This document shows positions 27,756 through 35,225 of a stretch of DNA of 55,149 nt, one piece after another (the stretch's first letter is position 1; each line of letters starts with the position of its first letter). Made by a program: the position numbers and the translations under genes. The DNA is from Candidatus Saccharimonadales bacterium (lineage in GTDB: Bacteria > Patescibacteriota > Saccharimonadia > UBA4664 > SCTI01): NCBI GenBank assembly GCA_035479795.1, contig DATIII010000003.1:1-55149 (forward strand), given 5' to 3'. The notes beneath the pieces were generated by a model. The model was not told where the DNA came from. It worked only from the letters and a program-made list of their open reading frames with translations, and did no database searches.

Positions 27756-29145
27756 GGTTAGCTCCTGGTTTTATCGGTAGACAGAATCCGAAGGTTGAAC
27801 CTTCACCTTCAACCGATTCAAAGATAATTGTACCACCCTGGTCTTGAATAACCCGCTTGGCGAGATAGAGGCCAAGACCCGTCCCGTCTGGCCTGGCTGA
27901 TTGGGCATTGTCGGCCCGGAAAAACTTGGTAAACAGTTTTTTTTGCGCATCGGGCGGCACACCCATGCCGGTATCTTCAACCATCAAAATCGCGCAATTG
28001 CCACTCTTCTTGACGCTGACGGTTATGCTACCCTTCTTGGTGTAATAGATGGCATTATCAATAAAATTCATAATCACCTGGCGCGTCTTGTTTTCATCTA
28101 GATCAATCATCGGCAGCGGAGACGGTGGCCGTACCAAAACCAGTTTTAGCTGCTTATCGGCGGCGTGACTCTGGAGGGCCTGGACCTCTTCGGTCACCAG
28201 TTTAGTCAGGTCAATAGCTTGCTTCTCGATAAAAAAGCGGCCGGCCGACATGCGCGAAACATTCAGCAAATCGGAAATCAAGTTAACCATTCGCTGAGCC
28301 CCACCATACGCAAAATTCAAAAATTCGCGCTGCTCGTCTTCGAGCTTGCCGGCATCTCCCTCGAGTAGCATCGAGATATAACCCTTAATGCTGGTAAGCG
28401 GCGTTCGGAGCTGGTGAGAAGCCATGGAAATAAATTCGTCTTTGGCCCGGTCAAGCTCCTTTAGATGCCTATTGGCCGTGCGTAGTCGCTTGGTGGCCTC
28501 TTGCAGGTCTTGGTCTAGCAAGGCGTTATCGATAGCAATACCAATGGCGCCGGTTAGCCGTTCGACGAGAGTGTGATCGAACTCCGAGATATTGGTCGCC
28601 TTATCGGTTGTGCCGATGATCATCAGGCCCAGAAGCTCATCACGTGATTCGAGGGGACACAGGAAATAGTTTTTAACGCCCAGCACCGCGGCAATTTCCT
28701 GCTCATCTGCCGGCTTAAGACTGGGCTTCAAAATACTGAGCAGTTTCGGGGAAATAGTAACCTTATGCCGCTTCACCGCTTGGGTGGCAGGGTTTGACGA
28801 GTGTAGACCAATATAAGTCTGAGACAGCTTTGATTGAGCCTCGATCTCGGCAATCTTGCCACTGCGATTAGAAATGCCAACGGCCACCATCTTGGTTTTG
28901 CGGCGGTCTGCCAAATAAATGCCGGCTACCGGAAAGTCACCGTCGTTAGAGACGGCGTGAACAATGCGCTGAGCTACGGCGTGAGGCTCGGTCTCCGAAC
29001 TCAAGACGATCTCATCGATCTTACGCAGTAGCATCAGCATCTTGTTGCGCTCGGCCAGCTCGCGATTCTGCTTATACATTTCCTGCGTAATATGCGGGAT
29101 ATCGGCAGATACGTCCGTCTTGGCCTTGGGACTTGGCTTCGTCAT
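27739..29145 (-). CDS. Cytoplasmic GAF-domain histidine kinase
   Basis: N-terminal coiled coil, GAF-like region ending IAIDNALL, H-box ASHQLRTPLT, NFIDNAIYY, DTGMG, GTGLGLY; no TM segment. Confidence 0.93.
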   Translation of the reverse strand: MTKPSPKAKTDVSADIPHITQEMYKQNRELAERNKMLMLLRKIDEIVLSSETEPHAVAQRIVHAVSNDGDFPVAGIYLADRRKTKMVAVGISNRSGKIAEIEAQSKLSQTYIGLHSSNPATQAVKRHKVTISPKLLSILKPSLKPADEQEIAAVLGVKNYFLCPLESRDELLGLMIIGTTDKATNISEFDHTLVERLTGAIGIAIDNALLDQDLQEATKRLRTANRHLKELDRAKDEFISMASHQLRTPLTSIKGYISMLLEGDAGKLEDEQREFLNFAYGGAQRMVNLISDLLNVSRMSAGRFFIEKQAIDLTKLVTEEVQALQSHAADKQLKLVLVRPPSPLPMIDLDENKTRQVIMNFIDNAIYYTKKGSITVSVKKSGNCAILMVEDTGMGVPPDAQKKLFTKFFRADNAQSARPDGTGLGLYLAKRVIQDQGGTIIFESVEGEGSTFGFCLPIKPGANHDTHK

Positions 29146-29167
29146 GATCTAAGTATAAGAACTTTAG

Positions 29168-29446
29168 CTAGCGCAGTAAATTCGGAACCTGGGCTTGGGG
29201 CAGGCTTTGCAAGATTGACTTAACCGCATCCTTGCAGACTTCCACCGAAGTTTGGCCAAAGAAGTTTTTGTATTGAGCAACCAAGGCATCAATAACCTCG
29301 GTTTTATTACCGGTAATCTCAACTTTTTGATTTTCCCAATCAATCTTTAGGCCTTTAACCTTATTGGCCTGTTCCAAGGCCAACGGCCCAATAATATTGC
29401 GCTGCTCAGCAATGATTTTCAGTGCCGCCTGCGCAAATGGATCCAT
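29168..29446 (-). CDS. Small helical protein (IIAEQ..IIGPLA motif), putative signalling adaptor
   Basis: 92 aa, translationally coupled to the 7TM gene and directly upstream of the kinase. Confidence 0.8.
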   Translation of the reverse strand: MDPFAQAALKIIAEQRNIIGPLALEQANKVKGLKIDWENQKVEITGNKTEVIDALVAQYKNFFGQTSVEVCKDAVKSILQSLPQAQVPNLLR

Positions 29447-30258
29447 TAGGCGCCCACCTTGCCGTAGGTGTGCCCAAATCTGAGCAAACTTATCGTCATG
29501 AGAAAGTAAGATACCAGATAGATAAAGTCACTGATGCTGCCAGGATAAACCGCCTGCTTATGGGCTAGGTAGAGGAAGGTAAAGTCGGCCGCGTACTGCA
29601 CAGCCAGCGCAAAAATGACCAGCAGAATGGTTTTTCGCATTATTCCGCCCAGCAGTTTTCTCGAAAGTAGATATGCCAAAATGGCAACCGAAATGTAAAT
29701 GGCTTGACCCAGCGGATAGCCGAAGTCTAGTGAGACGGTCAGCCATTGGGCGCCTGCAAATTGATAGTCACGTAGGAACTCGGCGTAGGATGCGAGGAGG
29801 ATTACCAGGGGGATAAAGAGGGCGAGGATGCGGCTGCCAAAGCCTCTGAGCGAGAACTTAACCCCGGCAGCCTTGGCCAGCTGCCAGCCACCGGCAATAT
29901 ACAGCGGGATGCTACCGAAATAGCCGATGTCGCCAAGCGATGGATAAGGTATTTCAGTGTGTAAAAAATAGGCATAGTAGCTATATGCCAGCTGACCAAA
30001 TTCCTGGAAAAGTAGCCCTAGGGCAAACAGCCCGACGGCCTTGCCTACCACGCTCTTGAAGCCACCCCAGGCGCGAGCCGTAACTAAGCCAAAAATTCCG
30101 CCGTACAGCGCCATTAAGCCATAGGTGCCCGAGAAAATTTGATAGGCAATATGATCTTTAGGGAACGCCACCTGAATGTAGCCCCACCAGGCGGTCAGGC
30201 CTAAGAACATTACGACAGCTAGTCGCCAAGGCCCCTTGTTTGCTGTAACAGTGTTCAT
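29446..30258 (-). CDS. Stand-alone ~7-TM membrane sensor-like protein
   Basis: About seven hydrophobic helices with intramembrane motifs PYPSLGDIGY, LDFGYP, SDFIYLVSY; no cytoplasmic output domain. Confidence 0.8.
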   Translation of the reverse strand: MNTVTANKGPWRLAVVMFLGLTAWWGYIQVAFPKDHIAYQIFSGTYGLMALYGGIFGLVTARAWGGFKSVVGKAVGLFALGLLFQEFGQLAYSYYAYFLHTEIPYPSLGDIGYFGSIPLYIAGGWQLAKAAGVKFSLRGFGSRILALFIPLVILLASYAEFLRDYQFAGAQWLTVSLDFGYPLGQAIYISVAILAYLLSRKLLGGIMRKTILLVIFALAVQYAADFTFLYLAHKQAVYPGSISDFIYLVSYFLMTISLLRFGHTYGKVGA

Positions 30259-30263
30259 CTAGT

Positions 30264-30295
30264 AAAATTCTATAAGCATAAGCACTATATGTCAA
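30264..30295 (-). promoter_or_regulatory. Sigma70-type promoter of the 7TM-kinase operon with the GCTTATGCTTA motif in its spacer
   Basis: Minus strand TTGACA-tatagtgcttatgctta(17)-TAGAAT. Confidence 0.75.
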
Positions 30296-30317
30296 TCTAA
30301 AATCGACCCTGTCAAGC

Positions 30318-31229
30318 ATGCTATTACCATTCCCCAGCTTCAAAGCCCTAGAGCTCCATGACCGGCCGCAAATCGAGGCCATAACCGGCGACTTTCCGAA
30401 CTATTCGGATTTTAATTTTGTCAGCCTGTGGAGCTGGGACACGCGAGGCGAGATTGCGGCGTCTGTACTCCACGGCAACTTAGTGGTGAAGTTTACAGAT
30501 TACATTACCGGCGAGCCACTGTATAGCTTCATCGGAACCAATGAGGTCGACGACACCATCAAGCAGGTAACTGCCCTGGCCCGGCAACAAGGAATTAGTG
30601 ATGCCCTGGAACTAATTCCCGAGGAAGCTATTACGAAGATTGAGAATCCCGAAGATTTTGAAATCGCCGAAGATCCGAATAACTTTGACTACATTATTTC
30701 AGTAGACTCGTTTACGGCGCTTCAAGGCCAGGAGTACGAAGCCAAACGCAAGGCAATCAACCAGTTTAAAAGAGCTTACCCCCATGTTGTCTCCCGACCA
30801 CTGGACATAAAAGACGAAGAAACTCAGACCAAAATTATTGGTCTTGCTCAACTTTGGGTCGAGCTTAAAGGGCATGAAGCGCTCGAAGCTGAAAACGAAC
30901 TTAAGGCTATTGAGCGCTTGCTGCAGTATTCGTACATCTTTCCACCTCAAGGCGTTGGTATTTACGATGGAGACAAACTAATCGCATTTAGTATCGACGA
31001 GATAATGCCGGACGGTATCAACGCCTTGGGTCACTTCCAAAAGGCCGACAGTCGGTATAAGGGTATATTCCCCTTCCTCCAAAAAGAAAACCTTTCCGAA
31101 TTACAAAAAAAGGGAGTGCAGCGGCTAAATATCGAACAAGACCTGGGGCTAGAAAGCCTGCGCCGCTCCAAGATTCAGCTGCGCCCTATCGAGTATCACA
31201 AAAAATACTTTGTGGCAGTTAAACACTAA
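30318..31229 (+). CDS. DUF2156 family protein (MprF/LPG-synthase C-terminal-like GNAT/Fem fold)
   Basis: SDFNFVSLWSW, NNFDYI, KRKAINQF, HFQKAD..YKGI, LNIEQDLGLESLRRSK..LRP. Confidence 0.85.
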   Translation: MLLPFPSFKALELHDRPQIEAITGDFPNYSDFNFVSLWSWDTRGEIAASVLHGNLVVKFTDYITGEPLYSFIGTNEVDDTIKQVTALARQQGISDALELIPEEAITKIENPEDFEIAEDPNNFDYIISVDSFTALQGQEYEAKRKAINQFKRAYPHVVSRPLDIKDEETQTKIIGLAQLWVELKGHEALEAENELKAIERLLQYSYIFPPQGVGIYDGDKLIAFSIDEIMPDGINALGHFQKADSRYKGIFPFLQKENLSELQKKGVQRLNIEQDLGLESLRRSKIQLRPIEYHKKYFVAVKH

Positions 31230-32136
31230 CCATCCAGACGCCGACAAACATTATGGCCGCCAGGCTCACCTTGGTTATAACCTGCGAGGCGGCCGTTTCC
31301 TCACTGAATATCTTTGGAAATGCCGTCGATAGTATGACCCCATAAAGAATCCCATAGAAAACTTGGGTACTGCCAAGGGCCGTGACTATGGCCACTGAAC
31401 CTAAAGCGATTGCCAAAAAAGTGATAGCCTTAGATACCAGAAACAGTATTTCGTTGGTAAACATTATGCCCAAGACCGAGCCGCCAACATTATTAAAGCT
31501 TTCGAGGAATGCCCTTCTCACCTTCTTAAGAAGCAGAAAGGCTACCAGACCACCAGTCGCCACTCCCCAGCTTTCATAAATCAAGACATTAACAAAGTCA
31601 TTTTTTCCAATGAAGGCGAACTTAATCACGATAAATGAAAGCGCGATCAATAATGAAGTTAACAGCATTAGGTAGAACGATTCATTTAGCCGAACCTTTT
31701 CACTTGGTTTGCCGACCGAAAGCGCCAAGGCTGACACCACTACCAAAAGGAAACCGACTATTTTCCAAAGCGAGAGCACCTCGCCTAAGAGTATGTATGA
31801 AAGTGGCAAGACAAAAACCGGCACTAACTGCAGCATGGCAATTATGTAGCTAGCCTCACTTTTGGCTATGGCGTGAAAGTAGATAACGTAAGCCCAAAGA
31901 GTTATAAAACCAGCAGTCAATATCAGGAAAGCTGTTGCCGGCGCCACACTCGGCTGCCCCGAGCCCAGCCATATGACCGTTCCGGCGACAGCCGCGGTGA
32001 TAGCACCGTAGATTGGTACGCCCCGATAATCTGAAACTTTATGCTCTACTACATACTTGTCGAGGAACATGACCACCGTATAGATAGCTGGTGCGATTAA
32101 TGCTAACCAAAGCCAATTCATGTTCAAATCATACAC
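31219..32136 (-). CDS. EamA/DMT family transporter
   Basis: Ten hydrophobic segments in two repeats; MLQLVPVF...SYILLGE.LS..KIVG. Confidence 0.88.
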   Translation of the reverse strand: MYDLNMNWLWLALIAPAIYTVVMFLDKYVVEHKVSDYRGVPIYGAITAAVAGTVIWLGSGQPSVAPATAFLILTAGFITLWAYVIYFHAIAKSEASYIIAMLQLVPVFVLPLSYILLGEVLSLWKIVGFLLVVVSALALSVGKPSEKVRLNESFYLMLLTSLLIALSFIVIKFAFIGKNDFVNVLIYESWGVATGGLVAFLLLKKVRRAFLESFNNVGGSVLGIMFTNEILFLVSKAITFLAIALGSVAIVTALGSTQVFYGILYGVILSTAFPKIFSEETAASQVITKVSLAAIMFVGVWMVSV

Positions 32137-32193
32137 TTAATTCAGCCCACCATAAAAGATGCATATTAGTTATGCTTATGTTTAAATAAACCT

Positions 32194-32676
32194 ATGAAAA
32201 TATCGATAACCTCCGGATCTGGAACCGGCCCCACCGAACTCGCCGCCTTTGATGACGCTCTAATGAAAGCTGGCACAGCGAATTTTAACCTGATTGTGTT
32301 GAGCTCGATGATTCCGCCAGGATCCGAAGTGGTGGTTTCCAAAGACCCTGTGGTGCCACCGGGCGACTGGGGCGACAAACTTTATGTTGTCATGGCCGAA
32401 CAGCGCACCAGCCAACACCACCAAGAAGCCTGGGCTGGGATTGGCTGGGTACAAAACGCCCAGACAGGCAAGGGTATGTTTGTGGAACACCACGGCCACA
32501 GCGAGGAACATGTGACAGATGATATTAAAGCCACCCTAAAGTCCCTGATGGCCGGCCGCCCCGATGAAGAATTTGGCGAAATCCACATGCAACTATGTAA
32601 CGCTAAGTGCATTGGTGAGCCGGTTTGCGCCTTAGTGGTTGCCGCCTTTGAATCAAGCGGCTGGAGTTCCAGGTAG
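32194..32676 (+). CDS. pdaD: Pyruvoyl-dependent arginine decarboxylase (PvlArgDC)
   Basis: G.GPTELAAFDDAL..AGTANFNLIVLSSMIPP with the Ser-Ser self-cleavage site; GMFVEHHG; CALVVAAF. Confidence 0.88.
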   Translation: MKISITSGSGTGPTELAAFDDALMKAGTANFNLIVLSSMIPPGSEVVVSKDPVVPPGDWGDKLYVVMAEQRTSQHHQEAWAGIGWVQNAQTGKGMFVEHHGHSEEHVTDDIKATLKSLMAGRPDEEFGEIHMQLCNAKCIGEPVCALVVAAFESSGWSSR

Positions 32677-33056
32677 TGGCTGATCAAATAAAAATCGCCT
32701 TGATTGAAGACGATGCGGCGATTGTAAATATGTACCTAACCAAGCTTCGCCACGAGGGGTTTAATGTTTTGACTGCCCCCGATGGCTTGGCGGGCTTAGA
32801 ATTGGTTGTAAGTTTCAATCCCGATGTGGTTTTGCTCGATATTATGATGCCGGAGTTTGGCGGAGTGGAGTTTCTCGAAAAAATTCGGTCCAAGTCAGCC
32901 AACGACAATCTAAAGATCATTGTCATGACCAATATCGACGACCCGAAGCTTCAGGCCTCGCTGAAGGGCATGAAGATTTCTGATTATGTCGTGAAGGCCG
33001 AAATCACCCCCGCCGAAATGGTTGATAAAATCCGCGTCTTAACTAAGCCAGAATAG
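32676..33056 (+). CDS. Stand-alone response regulator receiver protein
   Basis: LIEDD, LLDIMMP, MTN, YVVKA; start overlaps the pdaD stop. Confidence 0.92.
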   Translation: MADQIKIALIEDDAAIVNMYLTKLRHEGFNVLTAPDGLAGLELVVSFNPDVVLLDIMMPEFGGVEFLEKIRSKSANDNLKIIVMTNIDDPKLQASLKGMKISDYVVKAEITPAEMVDKIRVLTKPE

Positions 33057-33360
33057 ACAAAAATACAATAGCCATCATTCCCAGAAACGTCAGCCCGCTC
33101 CAGGCTATGACGGTTAGCGCCCGTTTAACTTTGCCCTGGATGAGCAGTAACACCGGATAGCCCAGCACTAGCGTGCCACAGATCAAGGCCGACAGCACAA
33201 ACGATATCAGTACGAATGCACCCATCAATACCTCGGGTGGATGAGCCGTATAGTGTTCAAACCGCGACATGACATTAACCAGGGTTAAAACATACAGAGT
33301 TACCAGCCCGGCCTGAACAAAGCCGATGAGGGCGGGAGACTTTTTATCAAGATTTTTCAT
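33043..33360 (-). CDS. Small membrane protein (3 TM)
   Basis: 105-aa hydrophobic ORF coupled to the upstream YCII-like gene. Confidence 0.7.
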   Translation of the reverse strand: MKNLDKKSPALIGFVQAGLVTLYVLTLVNVMSRFEHYTAHPPEVLMGAFVLISFVLSALICGTLVLGYPVLLLIQGKVKRALTVIAWSGLTFLGMMAIVFLSILA

Positions 33361-33701
33361 TACATATTCTCCAGCGGAATCATTTCAAAAACGTCAATTG
33401 TAGCGTCGGCCCCGCGCTGAAAATGCGGATGGGACATTAGTAGCCGGTTCAGGGCTTCCTTGGACTCGGCTTCAATTATCGAATAGCCGCTGGCCTGGCT
33501 GTCATTCACGCCAGTGCTGCTCGGAGTCAGCCTCTCCACCGGCTGTAGCGGCAAACCAAACTCCACCTTAGCGGTTTTCTCGGCCTCGTCCTTCCAGGCC
33601 ATCCACTTCTGCATACTAGCCTGCACCTGCTCCGGAGTTGATTCGTTCATAACCTTGCGGGCATCGTCGCTGGCATTGTAGAAAATTAAATACTTTGTCA
33701 T
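33360..33701 (-). CDS. YCII/DGPF-like protein
   Basis: MQKWMAW..., FGLPL, SGYSIIEAESKE, SHPHF, IDVFEM. Confidence 0.75.
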   Translation of the reverse strand: MTKYLIFYNASDDARKVMNESTPEQVQASMQKWMAWKDEAEKTAKVEFGLPLQPVERLTPSSTGVNDSQASGYSIIEAESKEALNRLLMSHPHFQRGADATIDVFEMIPLENM

Positions 33702-33772
33702 GGCGCCTCCATGTTACGCCTTCATTTTAGGCTCACTTATGCCACAAATCCAGATTCTATGGAAAATAGGAG

Positions 33773-34279
33773 CTAACTCTCCATTTTCTTTAATATTCGA
33801 TGGATCGTCAGCCAGGTGCGGGAAGTAATGTCTTTGCCATACTGTCTTTCTAGTTTCGACATAAAATCAGGCGTTTTTGAAGCCGTGGTATCAATGTTGC
33901 TACAAAGCGCATTCACGCCCTTGGCGGCCACATAATCACCCTCTGGTTTCGAGGGCTTTTTAAAAAACGTCACCAGCAAATAATTTTCGCGGCTATGTTC
34001 GAGCCCTTTATAAGGGTCCGCATCCACCAGTGCCCGTAGTTGAGTTTGGCTTCTGATTATTGTTGCGCTATTGAACCCCAGCTTGGCTGGCCAAGCCCTC
34101 TCCATATCGGTTTCCATAGCCGAAATATCAGTCTGCCCAGTCTCAAAAACCACATTGCCACTCGAAATAACTGGCATAACATTTTTAAAGCCCAGGTCTT
34201 CCAGCACGCCCTTTAGCTTGCTCCCATGCATATTGGGATTTGCTGGACCAATTCCTCGAAGCAATGCAACGTATTTCAT
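33773..34279 (-). CDS. DUF1697 family protein
   Basis: MKYVALLRGI, ISSGNVVF, C-terminal ITSRTWLTI. Confidence 0.85.
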   Translation of the reverse strand: MKYVALLRGIGPANPNMHGSKLKGVLEDLGFKNVMPVISSGNVVFETGQTDISAMETDMERAWPAKLGFNSATIIRSQTQLRALVDADPYKGLEHSRENYLLVTFFKKPSKPEGDYVAAKGVNALCSNIDTTASKTPDFMSKLERQYGKDITSRTWLTIHRILKKMES

Positions 34280-34330
34280 GTGCCAATATTACCAAACGAG
34301 CAGATAATTGTTATAGAATGTGTCAGATAG

Positions 34331-34407
34331 GCGCCCGTAGCTCAGCTGGATAGAGCGTTGGTTTCCGGTACCAGAGGTCGGGGGTTCGAATCCCTCCGGG
34401 CGCGCCA
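34331..34407 (+). tRNA. tRNA-Arg (CCG)
   Basis: GCGCCCG/CGGGCGC acceptor, loop ttCCGgt, GGTTCGAATCC, CCA. Confidence 0.95.
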
Positions 34408-34512
34408 AACGAACCTAAGGTTTTAGGCTTTGCACAAGGTAATTATTAGAAAATCTGCTAACGATTAGCCGCCTCCAAACCCGTATGCTAGAAGGCATAA
34501 AGGAGAAATGTT

Positions 34513-34728
34513 ATGAAGTACGACGTCGGGCCGTGTAGTTGCGGCCATACTATGACAGTTGAGGCGGCTAACGAAGAGGAGGCCTTGCAGAAGGCTCTTG
34601 ATGGGTCCGCGGCCCATGTCGAGGAATTCCACAAAGACGATCCTGATAAGGATAAGCTTCTGGCCATGTCACGCGATGAAATGGCAGGCATGATGCGTCC
34701 GCTAGTCCACGCGGCCCAACCAGCCTAA
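34513..34728 (+). CDS. Small DUF1059-like putative metal-binding protein
   Basis: AAGGAG SD; CSCG..AANEEE..H...FH pattern; downstream CCAGCCG/CGGCTGG hairpin. Confidence 0.7.
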   Translation: MKYDVGPCSCGHTMTVEAANEEEALQKALDGSAAHVEEFHKDDPDKDKLLAMSRDEMAGMMRPLVHAAQPA

Positions 34729-34836
34729 AAAACAAGCAATTTCAAGATACCCAGCCGCTTTACCGACGGCTGGGTTTCGTGCTATTATTTCTCGGTTCGC
34801 CCCTGGAAACCGCTGGCTAAGGCCCGGTTTGGACGT

Positions 34837-34913
34837 GCGCCCGTAGCTCAGCGGATCAGAGCATCTGTCTTCGGAACAGAGGGTCGGGAGTTCGAATCTC
34901 TCCGGGCGCGCCA
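34837..34913 (+). tRNA. tRNA-Arg (TCG)
   Basis: GCGCCCG/CGGGCGC acceptor, TCTGT-ctTCGga-ACAGA arm, CCA. Confidence 0.95.
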
Positions 34914-34918
34914 AGTAC

Positions 34919-34995
34919 GGGCCATTAGCTCAGTTGGTTAGAGCAGCTGCCTCTTAAGCAGCGTGTCCTGGGTTCGAGTCCCAGATGGCCCTCCA
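34919..34995 (+). tRNA. tRNA-Lys (CTT)
   Basis: GGGCCAT/ATGGCCC acceptor, GCTGC-ctCTTaa-GCAGC arm, GGTTCGAGTCC, CCA. Confidence 0.95.
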
Positions 34996-35161
34996 AGCAG
35001 GTTTCTGACATTTGTCGGGGCTCTGCTTGGAGATAACATTTTAGACGAGAACCCAGACTGCGCGAAGCGAGGGTTCGGTGAATGAGGAGAAGGAAAAAGT
35101 GTTTACATTTTTTCCGCCGACGAAGGAGGTCGTGTAAGCGACAATCCCAGATGGCCCTCCA
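34996..35161 (+). repeat. tRNA-linked ~150-nt element ending in a 19-nt copy of the tRNA-Lys 3' end
   Basis: 35143-35161 AATCCCAGATGGCCCTCCA vs tRNA AGTCCCAGATGGCCCTCCA; body homologous to 44438-44587. Confidence 0.9.
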
Positions 35162-35225
35162 TTGTAATTATAAACTTTTTATGTTATAACTTATTATCCT
35201 TGAAATCGAAGCACTCAGGAGGTGC

